A stretch of DNA of 19,160 bases from a bacterium (GTDB lineage: Bacteria > Acidobacteriota > Blastocatellia > HR10). The first letter of the stretch is position 1. Each line of letters begins with the position of its first letter. Made by a program: the position numbers and the translations under genes. The DNA lies in contig JBEPZV010000042.1 in NCBI GenBank assembly GCA_041640655.1, positions 1 to 19,160 on the forward strand. The letters are read 5' to 3'. The notes beneath the pieces are model-generated. The model did not search any database. It saw only the letters and a program-made list of their open reading frames with translations, and was not told where the DNA came from. Of this stretch, positions 1 through 9,153 are shown piece by piece.

Positions 1-554
1 CGACCGAGACGTCCGCGCTCGCCCGTCGGCTGGAGCGAGATCGCCAGCGCGAATACCGGCGCCTGATGCATGGGCGGGCGGCGCGCGCGTTCTTCACGCT
101 GGCCCATATTGTGACGCTCGGGCTCTATACGCATCGAGAGGAGCCGACGCCGGAGCTGCGCGCGCGCGCGGACCTGGCGCGGCGGATGGCTTTTCATCGC
201 GCGCGGTTGGAAGCGGCGTTGAGAGGCTCCCTCCGTTTGGATGAGGAGCGAGACCTCGCGGCCTTACGCGCATCGGTCGAGTTCATCCACATGCACGCAG
301 ATGTGGCCGGGCCGGAGATCGTGGATGTGCTGCGGGAGGCTTTCGCGCGCTCGGGCGATCCGGAATTCCGATGGGCGTGCGTGCGCGCGCTCGCCGCGAT
401 GCGGAATGAGAAGGCGCGGCGCGTCCTGCTCGCCCTCCAGCGCGAGATGGATCCCCGGCTTCAGGAGCGGACCGCGCGGGAGGGCGTTCTCGTTCCGAAC
501 GGTGCGTCGCGCGGTGGGCCGAGCGGCGGTGAGCTTCCACTGCGGGAGCCCTAG
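1..554 (+). CDS. Partial (5'-truncated) hypothetical protein with a C-terminal HEAT/PBS-lyase-like repeat
   Basis: The frame of ORF 66..554 is open back to position 3 (TETSALARRLERDRQREYRRLMHG...), so the gene probably starts before the window. C-terminal DPEFRWACVRALAAMRNEKARRVLLAL resembles a HEAT repeat. TAG at 552-554 is 7 nt before the next ATG. Confidence 0.65.
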   Translation, partial: TETSALARRLERDRQREYRRLMHGRAARAFFTLAHIVTLGLYTHREEPTPELRARADLARRMAFHRARLEAALRGSLRLDEERDLAALRASVEFIHMHADVAGPEIVDVLREAFARSGDPEFRWACVRALAAMRNEKARRVLLALQREMDPRLQERTAREGVLVPNGASRGGPSGGELPLREP

Positions 555-561
555 TCCCACC

Positions 562-3102
562 ATGATGCGCGTTCGACGCCTGCTCAGCCTCCTTCTGCTC
601 GCCCTTCTCGTTGAAGGGATCGCTGCTTGTCCGGCATGGGCGGAAAAGCGCGCGCAGCCGGCGCAGCGCCTCATCTTCCTGAGATTCGACGGCCTCTCGC
701 CTGACCTCATCTGGAAATACGTCCGACAGCGAAATCCGCAAACGGGCAAGAGCTATCTCCCCTGGATCCGACGCGTCTTTTACGAGGAGGGCATCGTCTT
801 CGAGAACTTCTACACGCGCGGACAGTCACTCTCCGGACCATCGTGGGCCATGCTCGCGACGGGTCATCCTCAACCGCTCATCTCGAACGTGGAATGGGAC
901 CGGGCGACGGGACGTCTGGAGGACTACCTGAACAACGTCCTGATCCAATACGAACTCCTGCGCGGTCGGCGCCTGCATGCGCGAGCTGTGGAGGTGCTGG
1001 ATGAGCGAGGCGCGCCGCTCGTGGAAGACCTCTATGAGCCCGAGGAGAAGCGGATCGGACTCGAACTGATCCGACGCGGGACGAGCTGGACGGCTCTGGC
1101 GCGAACGCTGCAGGCGCGATTCCCCAGCCGCTCGGTGGAGGAGCTGCTGGCCCGATGGCTCGGCGGTCCCGATTCGCACGAGGCCTTCGACACGGCCAAC
1201 GAGGAGCATCTTCTGACGAACATGAGGGACCCGCGCTTCCTCTACTTGAGCGCCTACTACTCGCTCTTCGATCACTTCGTGCACACGAACAACGATGAGG
1301 AGCTGATCCTCCATCTGTTGCAACGCGTGGATCGAACCGTGGGGCGTATTTACACGGCCATCCGCGAGGGGCCATACCCCGAGGAGACGGTCCTCATCCT
1401 CGTCTCCGATCACGGCATCACGACGCATCCGGAGATCTACAGCCAGGGCTTCAATCTCGTGACCTACTTCACGCGCGCCGCGTGGGGGGGGCATCACGTC
1501 CTGACCAAGCGGGCGAATCTGCACGATTTCCAATTTCGCAGCGTGAATTTCCTCGCCCAGGGGTTCGTCAATCCGAGCCGCGAATCGCTCTACCTGAAGG
1601 GGCAGGCGCACTACCCGACGCTCTTCATTGACTACGATGGGAACGAGCGGGCGATGCTGCACTTTCGGAATTCCGATCTGAACCTCCTTCATCTGCTCGC
1701 GCAGGAGATGAAGCGGCGTCATCCGGAACGCGTCTCCCGCGCCTTGCGCGCTCTGTTCTTCGAAGTCCTCACGCGGAACCGCACCCGCTGGGAGCGCGAG
1801 TGCGCGGAGCTGCGCGAGGAGTTGTGGGCCGTGGATCGGTGGATCCATCACGTGCAGGCGGCGCTGTCGGCGCCTTCCCCGCTGCCGGACGAGGTGCGGA
1901 AGGAGCTGCGAGCCCACGTGAGGAACATGGCCGAGTATCGCGCCGAATACGCGGCGTATCTTCGGATGCTCTCGAACCTGCTCGCGTTGCGGGAGGAGAC
2001 GTTCGATCCTCAGACGGTGCGCATCGAGGACCTCATCCGGCCGCGAGTGTTCGGCCCGCGGAACTCCGTGTATCAATTGCAGAACTATGTCGTGGGATTG
2101 AAGGATGGGACGATCCACCTGCATCCGAATGGGCGCGTGGACGAAGAGGCGACGTTCCGCCGGATCAACTATCTCCGGCTCTTGAAGGACCATCGCGTGC
2201 TCAACAATGTGCAGCCGCAGGTCTCGCCTTATCCGGTGGACTTCATCGCCCTGCGCATCCCATATGCGGAGATTCGATCGGCATTGCACGGAACGCCGCT
2301 GGATACGGGCGAGGACGTGGTGTGGCTCTACGGCGGCGAGGAGCACCAGGCGCTCATCGTGGCGAAGCGCTCGCCCGAGGGGACGGCGCAGAGACTTCTC
2401 CGCTACGCGCCGATCGCCCGCCTGACGCAGGCGGCCGATGGCACCATCACCTTCGAATGGCGAGATCTTCAGCCGGGTTTCCCCCTCGCCCTCTGGGAGG
2501 ATGAGGACCTCGCTGTCGCGGGCGATCGTCGCGCGTGGCTCCAGGAGTTCCACACCGAGCGGGAATGGATCGAGGCGACGCACCGCACGCGATATGCGAT
2601 CGCGGTGGTGGGGCTCTATGAGCTGCTCGCGAGGCCGGAGTCGGCGATCTCCGGGCCCACGCGGTACGAAGAGCAGGTGCGCGCGGTGGAGAATGCGCGG
2701 CTGATGGGTCGCGCGGAGAACGGAGATTCGCCCGAGGTGTCGCTGTTGCGACGCTTCTTCGCGCGACGCCGTCGAAATGTTGAGCCGGACCTGCTGCTTC
2801 ATGCGAATCTGTACTGGAACTTCAACATTCGCGACTTCAATCCGGGTGGCAATCATGGGAGCTTCTATCGCACGGCGACGCATGCGACGTGGATGATGTG
2901 GGGGGGGCGCCTGACGGGCCTCAAGCGAGGCTACATCGTCACGCGTCCGTATGACAGCCTCTCGCTCGTGCCGACGGTGCTGGAGCTGATCGGCGCGACG
3001 CGCGACGGCCGCGTGAGCGAGACGGCGCGGGCGAAGGGATTCCGCCCCCTGGTGGGCGAGATCGTCTGGGAGATCTTCGATGAGCGGTCGCTGGCGCGAT
3101 AA
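562..3102 (+). CDS. Secreted alkaline phosphatase superfamily protein (type I phosphodiesterase/nucleotide pyrophosphatase-like), about 846 aa
   Basis: ATG at 562 (or 565) gives a signal peptide (MMRVRRLLSLLLLALLVEGIAACPAWA). Superfamily motifs occur in order: LIFLRFDGL, SLSGPSWAMLATG (nucleophile region), DHFVH, ILVSDHG, GNHG and a C-terminal SLVPTVLELIG. The track start at 241 overlaps the upstream gene and was rejected. Confidence 0.8.
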   Translation: MMRVRRLLSLLLLALLVEGIAACPAWAEKRAQPAQRLIFLRFDGLSPDLIWKYVRQRNPQTGKSYLPWIRRVFYEEGIVFENFYTRGQSLSGPSWAMLATGHPQPLISNVEWDRATGRLEDYLNNVLIQYELLRGRRLHARAVEVLDERGAPLVEDLYEPEEKRIGLELIRRGTSWTALARTLQARFPSRSVEELLARWLGGPDSHEAFDTANEEHLLTNMRDPRFLYLSAYYSLFDHFVHTNNDEELILHLLQRVDRTVGRIYTAIREGPYPEETVLILVSDHGITTHPEIYSQGFNLVTYFTRAAWGGHHVLTKRANLHDFQFRSVNFLAQGFVNPSRESLYLKGQAHYPTLFIDYDGNERAMLHFRNSDLNLLHLLAQEMKRRHPERVSRALRALFFEVLTRNRTRWERECAELREELWAVDRWIHHVQAALSAPSPLPDEVRKELRAHVRNMAEYRAEYAAYLRMLSNLLALREETFDPQTVRIEDLIRPRVFGPRNSVYQLQNYVVGLKDGTIHLHPNGRVDEEATFRRINYLRLLKDHRVLNNVQPQVSPYPVDFIALRIPYAEIRSALHGTPLDTGEDVVWLYGGEEHQALIVAKRSPEGTAQRLLRYAPIARLTQAADGTITFEWRDLQPGFPLALWEDEDLAVAGDRRAWLQEFHTEREWIEATHRTRYAIAVVGLYELLARPESAISGPTRYEEQVRAVENARLMGRAENGDSPEVSLLRRFFARRRRNVEPDLLLHANLYWNFNIRDFNPGGNHGSFYRTATHATWMMWGGRLTGLKRGYIVTRPYDSLSLVPTVLELIGATRDGRVSETARAKGFRPLVGEIVWEIFDERSLAR

Positions 3103-4195
3103 CCTGGTCCTGAGCTTCCTGCTGCATCATCCGAGGCGCACGGCGGCGAGCGTCCTCGGCGTCGCCGCGGCCATGACGCTCGTGTTGATGACCACGGGGC
3201 TCGTGCGCGGAATTTTGAAAGAGCGCGGCCGACGCGAAGCGAGCATCGGTGTGGAGATCCTCGTGCGCGAGCGTGGGGCGGCGGGGCTCACCCCGAGCGG
3301 CGCGCAGCTCACGCTCTCTGAAGCGCTCGCGCAGACGATCGCCGAAGTTCCCGGCGTGCGGGGGGTCACCCTCGTCGGCCAGTATCTGCAGCCGACAGGA
3401 CGCGGCCTCGACCTGCGACTCGTCGAGGGCGTGAAATACGCCGAGTACGCATCGCTGACGGGATTGCGCCTGGTCGAGGGGCGCGGCCTGAAGGGGGGCG
3501 ACGAAGCGCTCATTGATACCGTGCGCGCCCGCTCTCGAAGGGCGAAGGTCGGCGAGACGATCGAGATCTTCGGTCGCCCGTTCCGCATCGTCGGCATCTA
3601 CGAGCCGCCGCTCGGCCCGCGCATCAAGATCCCCCTGGAGACGATGCAACGCGCGCTCGGCGCTGAAGGTCGGGGATCGGCCTTTCTCGTCAAATGCGCT
3701 CGCCCGGAAGACCAAGAGGCGATCGCCGCCGAGTTGCAGCGGCGATTTCCCGACCGACAGGTCGTCCTCACGCGCGACCTCCCCCGCCTGTACGCCGATG
3801 GGACTCCCTTGATCAACAGCTTCCTTAAAGCCATTCTCGGCGTGGCCGTCGTCGTGAGCGCGCTCCTGATCACGCTCACCATGTATACGAGTGTGCTGGA
3901 ACAGACGCGGCAGATCGGCATCTTGAAGAGCCTGGGCGCCTCTCGAACCTTCATCGCCGTCCTCATCGAGAAGCAAGCCCTCGCCATCAGCGGCCTTGGG
4001 ATTCTCACAGCCCTCGTCCTCTCGCTCGCCCTCAAATCTCTGGTAGACGGACTCACGGCCCTGCGCGTGGAGATGGAATGGCGATGGGTGCTCGCGACGA
4101 TCGCTGCCGGGTTCGGGAGCGGCGCCGTGGGCGCGCTCTATCCGGCCTTGCGCGCCGCGCTCCAAGATCCGATTCGAGCTTTAATGTACGAGTGA
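3080..4195 (+). CDS. ABC transporter permease, FtsX/MacB-like (one N-terminal TM, periplasmic domain, three C-terminal TMs)
   Basis: N-terminal HHPRRTAASVLGVAAAMTLV, the motif SVLEQTRQIGILKSLGAS and C-terminal YPALRAALQDPIRALMYE are typical of this family. GGGAG precedes the ATG; the gene overlaps the upstream one by 23 nt. Confidence 0.9.
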   Translation: MSGRWRDNLVLSFLLHHPRRTAASVLGVAAAMTLVLMTTGLVRGILKERGRREASIGVEILVRERGAAGLTPSGAQLTLSEALAQTIAEVPGVRGVTLVGQYLQPTGRGLDLRLVEGVKYAEYASLTGLRLVEGRGLKGGDEALIDTVRARSRRAKVGETIEIFGRPFRIVGIYEPPLGPRIKIPLETMQRALGAEGRGSAFLVKCARPEDQEAIAAELQRRFPDRQVVLTRDLPRLYADGTPLINSFLKAILGVAVVVSALLITLTMYTSVLEQTRQIGILKSLGASRTFIAVLIEKQALAISGLGILTALVLSLALKSLVDGLTALRVEMEWRWVLATIAAGFGSGAVGALYPALRAALQDPIRALMYE

Positions 4196-4300
4196 GCCTC
4201 CAGCGTGACTGCTTCGCGGGCTCGCGGGCGGAATGCGGTTGGGCTCGTATCCCCCGCGGGATTGAGCGCGCCCGTAGCTCCTTTGCAGGAGATCGGATGC

Positions 4301-4329
4301 TTGCCCCACGATTGTCGGTTCGCTATACT
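4301..4329 (+). promoter_or_regulatory. Putative sigma70 promoter for mqnD-coxG
   Basis: TTGCCC (4301-4306), 17 nt, TATACT (4324-4329); AGGAGG RBS follows before ATG 4361. Confidence 0.65.
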
Positions 4330-4360
4330 TGCGAATTTGCCGCGTTAGGAGGCTCGATAT

Positions 4361-5200
4361 ATGGACGCCTCGTCGCTCATTCGCATCGCGCACAGTCCGG
4401 ATCCGGACGATGCGTTCATGTTCTACGCCCTCGTGCAGAGGAAGATTCCCACCGAGGGGGTTCGCTTCGAGCATGTCCTCAAAGACATCGAATCGCTCAA
4501 CCGCAGCGCCATGGAGGGAGAGTACGAACTGACGGCACTCTCATTTCATGCCTATGCATACGTCGCCGATAGGTACGTGCTTCTGACCAGCGGGGCGAGC
4601 ATGGGAGAGGGGTATGGCCCTCTTCTCGTTGCTCGCGAGGCACTGACGGTTGACGACCTCCCTCAGGCTCGCATCGCCGTGCCGGGAACGCTGACGACGG
4701 CCTTCCTCGTGCTTCGACTCATCGTCCCGGACGTTCGCTATACGGTCGTCCCCTTCGATCACATTCCGGAATATGTGGCGAATGGGCAGGCCGATGCCGG
4801 GCTGCTCATCCACGAAGGACAACTGACGTACCCGACGCTCGGCTTACGGAAGGTCCTTGATCTCGGCCAATGGTGGTCCGATCGGACGGGGCTGCCGCTG
4901 CCGTTAGGCGGAAACGCTGTCAGGCGCGATCTCGGCGCGGACGTGTGTCGCGCACTCGCGGGACTGCTCAAGCAGAGCATCACCTACGCGTTCGCCCATC
5001 GCGAGGAAGCGCTCGCTTACGCGCTGCAGTTCGGGCGCGGCCTGGACGTGACCTCGGCCGATCGCTTCGTCCGCATGTACGTCAATGAGCTGACGCTCGA
5101 GTGCGGAGAACGCGGAAAGGCAGCTATCCGTCAGCTTCTGCAGATGGGGTACGAACGCGGCGTGCTCCCCCGGTCAGTTCCCATTGAATTCGTCGAATGA
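4361..5200 (+). CDS. mqnD: 1,4-dihydroxy-6-naphthoate synthase (MqnD; MqnA/MqnD family), futalosine menaquinone pathway
   Basis: Motifs IRIAHSPDPDDAFMFYAL, DIESLN, IAVPGTLTTA, AGLLIHEGQLTY, DLGQWW..TGLPLPLGGNAVRRDL and MYVNE. Strong RBS. Confidence 0.85.
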   Translation: MDASSLIRIAHSPDPDDAFMFYALVQRKIPTEGVRFEHVLKDIESLNRSAMEGEYELTALSFHAYAYVADRYVLLTSGASMGEGYGPLLVAREALTVDDLPQARIAVPGTLTTAFLVLRLIVPDVRYTVVPFDHIPEYVANGQADAGLLIHEGQLTYPTLGLRKVLDLGQWWSDRTGLPLPLGGNAVRRDLGADVCRALAGLLKQSITYAFAHREEALAYALQFGRGLDVTSADRFVRMYVNELTLECGERGKAAIRQLLQMGYERGVLPRSVPIEFVE

Positions 5201-5220
5201 ACGGCGCAAGGGAGGACGAG

Positions 5221-5769
5221 ATGAAGATCGAGGGAACGCACACGCTCAAGGCTCGACGAGAAGTCATCTGGCGCTTGCTGACGGATCCGCAGGTGGTCGC
5301 TCGATGTCTGCCCGGATGCCAACAGCTGGAACCTCAGGGCGAGAACACCTACAGGGCCGCGCTCCAGGTCGGGATCGCCTCCATTCGGGGGACGTATACG
5401 GGGACATTTGAGCTGAAAGACCTCGCGCCGCCGACTCGCTATGGGATCGCTTTTGAAGGGAAAGGAGCGCAGGGCTTCGCCAAGGGGACGGGGGCGATCA
5501 TCCTGGAAGAACGCGATGCGGAGACGATCGTCCACTACTCCGGGGATGTGCAGGTCGGCGGCCCGATCGCCAGCGTGGGACAGCGTATGTTGCAGGGGAC
5601 GGCGCGTATGCTCGCCGGACAGTTCTTCACGGCGCTGGAAGCGGAGCTCGAAGCGCTCCAGAAGGCGGAGGCGACGGGGACGCCTGTGGCGCCTCCCCGA
5701 CATGGAATCCTCCGAACCCTCCTGCGATACATGTGGAATTGGATCCGAGGGCTCTTCCGGCGAGGCTGA
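5221..5769 (+). CDS. coxG: CoxG-family SRPBCC/START-fold protein with a C-terminal amphipathic helix, 182 aa
   Basis: MKIEGTHTL..REVIWRLLTDPQVVARCLPGC and YSGDVQVGGPIASVGQRM are CoxG hallmarks. GGAGGA at 5211-5216 supports ATG 5221 over the track start at 5197. Confidence 0.85.
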   Translation: MKIEGTHTLKARREVIWRLLTDPQVVARCLPGCQQLEPQGENTYRAALQVGIASIRGTYTGTFELKDLAPPTRYGIAFEGKGAQGFAKGTGAIILEERDAETIVHYSGDVQVGGPIASVGQRMLQGTARMLAGQFFTALEAELEALQKAEATGTPVAPPRHGILRTLLRYMWNWIRGLFRRG

Positions 5770-5830
5770 AAGGAGCCACCGTGAAATCACCTGCTCTCTT
5801 CTCCATGCCCGAGCATCGCGTGAACATGAG

Positions 5831-5859
5831 TTGACAGCGCGCGCCGCTCTCAGTATAGT
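5831..5859 (+). promoter_or_regulatory. Putative sigma70 promoter for the large secreted repeat protein
   Basis: TTGACA (5831-5836), 17 nt, TATAGT (5854-5859). The presumed 5' UTR has an ACCGGGG/CCCCGGT hairpin (5871-5894) and then a GGAGGAGG RBS. Confidence 0.7.
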
Positions 5860-5920
5860 GCCCGCTTGGTACCGGGGGCATGCGAATCCCCGGTCACTGC
5901 TTCACGGAGGAGGGCACGAT

Positions 5921-8488
5921 ATGCGAGAGTCTCATAAGGCATCGCTCCCCCCTATTGGCTTCGGGCGGCGAATCGGGATCATTCTTCTCTCCCTGGGACT
6001 CCTCCCCACTCCTCGGTTCGCGCAGCAGCCCTTGCGACGTCTCGTGGGGACAGGCGAACTCCCCCCACCGGCGACCTACGAATACCGCGCGAGCGTGATG
6101 AACAACAATGGCCTCGACATCCGGCAGAGCACGTTTGGCGCTCGCGTCATCTATCGCGCGAAATGGGTCGGCCCGGTCTTGCGCGATCACCAGATCAATG
6201 CGGCGCGGGACGTCGCGTTCGCTGTCGCGGAAGAAACGGGCACATTACGCGGCGCGCTCTTCCTTCGGGAGGCGGCGACGGGCACCATGCGACGAATCGT
6301 TCAAATCGGTGACCGCACGCCGGAGGGGGAAGTCTTCACGCGTCTTCTGGAATTCTCCCTCAATGATTCTCGGCAGATCCTCTTCACTGCGGAGACCTCA
6401 GGTCCCCCCTCGGAGGATGGGACGGCGAGGGCCGGACTTTTCCTGGCCGATGGCGGTGGAATTCGGACGCTGCTCATGACGGGAGCGGCGACTCCGATCG
6501 GGATGATCCTCGGCTTCTCGAACCCGCGATTGACGAACGACGGTCGCGCGTATTTCACCGCCTTGATGGGAACCCGTCAGGGGGCGATCTTCCGCCTCGT
6601 AGGAGGGACGCTCGAATCGCTCGTGCGGACAGGTGATTCCGGCAGCGCGGGAGGGACGATCACGATGCCCCTCCTTCAGGCCGTGAGCCCACAGGGAGAC
6701 GCGATCGCTTTCCTGGATCAAGCGGAACGAGCGCTCTATGTGAAGACCGACACCTCGATGGTCCGCGTGGTGAGAATCGGTGATGCGGTGCCGAACGTCT
6801 CGGGCGCGACGTTCGTGGACATCGTCCCGCCCGTCAACACGATCTTCCCGGCCTTTCCGTTTCTGGTCTCGCCGAGCTCGCTCGCGCCCGGTGGCGATCT
6901 GGTGTTCATCGCCGCATTCCGTCGGCCGAATCAGCAAAATCCGACGCTGGCGCTTTATCGCCACGCCGGAGGGGGCCTTCAAGAGATCGTCCGCACGGGA
7001 CAGAACGTTGGCGGATTCAGCGTGCAATTTCTCAGCGCGCCCACCTTTGGCGAGGGGGGAGTGATCTACTGCGGCGCCGCTTCGCGCGCCATCCTCGGGG
7101 GTGGGATCCTCCGCTTCGTGGGGAATCAGCGGCAGGCGCAGGAGTTCCCCGGAGCGACGCAGACGGAGGAGAACCTGCCGCCTTATGCCATCAATCGCCA
7201 GGGTCACGCCGTGTACGATCACATCGCCATCGTCCTGAATGAGAACTTCGGCGGCCCAACCGGCCCCTTTGACAAGCCTGCTTTCGGCTTGAACATCTCG
7301 CTCCGGCTGCACACGGGATCGGCGTCGTCGGAGACGCTCCTGGATCCTGTCCGATCGGCTCCTCCAGATAGCCCCTTCCTCGGTTTCTCGAGTCTCATCG
7401 CCAACCGCAGCGGCGATCTGCTCTTCATCGGGAACGTGAGCGGGGGACGGAATCTCTTTCGCATCCGGGATGGAGCGATCGAACTGGTGGTGCATCAAGG
7501 TCAGGTGATCGAAGGGCTGAAGGTTCGCTCTGTCACCGAAGCGGCGATCAACGATGCGGGGACGATCGCCGTTCAGGCGGAGATCGAAGCAGGATCTGCG
7601 CTCTTCGTCCACCGGGGCGGGACGTTCCAAAAGGTCATCGCCTCCGGAGATCCCGTCTTCAGCAAGCGGGTGGTTGACGTCTTCGACATCAGCCTGAATC
7701 AGCAAGGGCAGATCGCCTTCATTGTGAATCTCGCCGACGATACGGGTGCGAACGTGCAGCATCTGCTTCTGGTGGCGCGACCGACGCCGACGGGATACAC
7801 CGTGGATCCCGGAGCGTCCATTGATCTGAGCGCGCTCCCACGCGTTCGGAACACGGATCCCATCTTCATCATGGACGTCGCGCTCGCCGATAATGGGATG
7901 ATCGCGCTCACCGTGCGCGCTGCGCGCGATGAAGCGGTTATTCTCGCGACGCCTCGACAGACCGGTTTTGGCTACACCTTCCAGAAGATTGCCGAAAGCG
8001 GCGGCGCGACCCCCATTGGGGGGACCTTCCGTCGGGGTTCGGAGCTGCAGATCGGAGGATTCGCTCCCGAAGTCTTCTCGTCCCTGCAGATCAACGCCCA
8101 GGGACTCGTGAGCTTCATCGGCGTGGTGAGCCGGCCAAGCGGTGGCGACGCGCGCGCGATCTTCTCCTACTCCGGAGGGCAGCTCGCGAAAGTGGTCGCC
8201 GATGGAGATCAGACGCCCGAAGGTCCGACGATCGAATTGCTGCCTTTTCACAGCCTGGCCCCCACGGGGAAGATCGTGTTCCTGAGCCTCGTGTCAGGGG
8301 AGCCGAATCTCTACCTCTGGGAGCAGGGTGGGCTCAGGCTGCTTCTTCCCGCGCGGCAACAGGGGCCGGCGGGAGAGCTGCTGACGCCCATTCCTCCACT
8401 GCTTGTGACCGACGGGCGCGCCGTCTTCGCGGGCGTGCTGCTCCATGCGGAGTCGCGCCTGGCAATTTATGCGCTCACCTTGAATTGA
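5921..8488 (+). CDS. Secreted NxxGxxAF-type tandem repeat protein, probable double beta-propeller, about 855 aa
   Basis: The RBS supports ATG 5921. N-terminal segment RRIGIILLSLGLL is signal-like. About 14 repeats, for example INAARDVAF, LNDSRQILF, LTNDGRAYF, INDAGTIAV, LNQQGQIAF, INAQGLVSF, most followed by xxGDxxP-type turns. Confidence 0.75.
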   Translation: MRESHKASLPPIGFGRRIGIILLSLGLLPTPRFAQQPLRRLVGTGELPPPATYEYRASVMNNNGLDIRQSTFGARVIYRAKWVGPVLRDHQINAARDVAFAVAEETGTLRGALFLREAATGTMRRIVQIGDRTPEGEVFTRLLEFSLNDSRQILFTAETSGPPSEDGTARAGLFLADGGGIRTLLMTGAATPIGMILGFSNPRLTNDGRAYFTALMGTRQGAIFRLVGGTLESLVRTGDSGSAGGTITMPLLQAVSPQGDAIAFLDQAERALYVKTDTSMVRVVRIGDAVPNVSGATFVDIVPPVNTIFPAFPFLVSPSSLAPGGDLVFIAAFRRPNQQNPTLALYRHAGGGLQEIVRTGQNVGGFSVQFLSAPTFGEGGVIYCGAASRAILGGGILRFVGNQRQAQEFPGATQTEENLPPYAINRQGHAVYDHIAIVLNENFGGPTGPFDKPAFGLNISLRLHTGSASSETLLDPVRSAPPDSPFLGFSSLIANRSGDLLFIGNVSGGRNLFRIRDGAIELVVHQGQVIEGLKVRSVTEAAINDAGTIAVQAEIEAGSALFVHRGGTFQKVIASGDPVFSKRVVDVFDISLNQQGQIAFIVNLADDTGANVQHLLLVARPTPTGYTVDPGASIDLSALPRVRNTDPIFIMDVALADNGMIALTVRAARDEAVILATPRQTGFGYTFQKIAESGGATPIGGTFRRGSELQIGGFAPEVFSSLQINAQGLVSFIGVVSRPSGGDARAIFSYSGGQLAKVVADGDQTPEGPTIELLPFHSLAPTGKIVFLSLVSGEPNLYLWEQGGLRLLLPARQQGPAGELLTPIPPLLVTDGRAVFAGVLLHAESRLAIYALTLN

Positions 8489-8553
8489 AAGGCCTGCGAG
8501 GAAGAGAGCCGGAGGCAGCCCGCCGAACGCGGATGAAAAGCAGCGCCTGCGAA

Positions 8554-8572
8554 CGTCGGCGAGCGGCCGACG
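8554..8572. terminator. Hairpin between convergent genes, possible terminator
   Basis: CGTCGGC-GAGCG-GCCGACG perfect 7-bp stem; no clear U-tract. Confidence 0.3.
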
Positions 8573-8607
8573 GAGGACGCCGAATCTGCCCGCGCGTTCT
8601 GGGAAGA

Positions 8608-9129
8608 TCACAGCATGCGCTTTGTCTGCGTCCAAAGGCTCCACGCCCAATCGGCGAGCGTGTGCGCAGCCGACCCCCACCAGAGGCCGAAAACGAGCGC
8701 GAGCCAATACTTTCTCTCCACGGAGAGGAGGACCTGCTTCAGGAAGGCGAGCGCTGCGCGCAGGCTCTCCCCCGATCCGGATCGCCCGTGGATCCCATGC
8801 CAGAGAAGGATTCCGCCTGCGCCCACGAGCGCGAGCACGAATGCGAGATAGAGGGTGCGCACCAGCGTGCCGAGCAGGAGTCCGTGCGAGAGCCGCGAAC
8901 GATGGCGGACGAGCACCTGATAGGGCCACCAGAGAAAGCGCAACGGCCCCCAGCGCGCGTAGGGTTTGCTCTGGACATCGAGGTCCGGATTGAACATAAG
9001 CCCGGAGAAGAGCGTCGCCAGCGTCACGAGCCAGGCCAGATCGTAGCTCCCTGTGAGCGCGCGCGCCATCAGGAACGTGGGTGGCACGAGCGCCAGCGTG
9101 ATCGCATCGTGCGTCCGGGCTCGTGGCAT
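8608..9129 (-). CDS. DUF2227-family putative metal-binding membrane protein
   Basis: MPRARTHDAITL, FSGLMFNPDLD, WGPLRFLWWPY, HRSRLSHGLLLGTLVRTLYL and HTLAD match the family as I recall it. GGAGGAGGTG RBS on the minus strand at 9135-9144. Confidence 0.85.
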   Translation of the reverse strand: MPRARTHDAITLALVPPTFLMARALTGSYDLAWLVTLATLFSGLMFNPDLDVQSKPYARWGPLRFLWWPYQVLVRHRSRLSHGLLLGTLVRTLYLAFVLALVGAGGILLWHGIHGRSGSGESLRAALAFLKQVLLSVERKYWLALVFGLWWGSAAHTLADWAWSLWTQTKRML

Positions 9130-9153
9130 CCGCTCACCTCCTCCGACTGTCCA

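Noticed and set aside
826..4165. Long minus-strand ORFs 826..2883 and 2939..4165
   Set aside because: Antisense shadows of well-supported plus-strand genes in GC-rich DNA; no recognisable motifs.
4196..4300. Hairpins between the permease and the mqnD promoter as a riboswitch or ncRNA
   Set aside because: They lie upstream of the predicted promoter and match no RNA family I recognise; more likely 3' UTR structure or chance GC pairing.
6398..8251. 617-aa minus-strand ORF
   Set aside because: Antisense shadow of the repeat protein gene.
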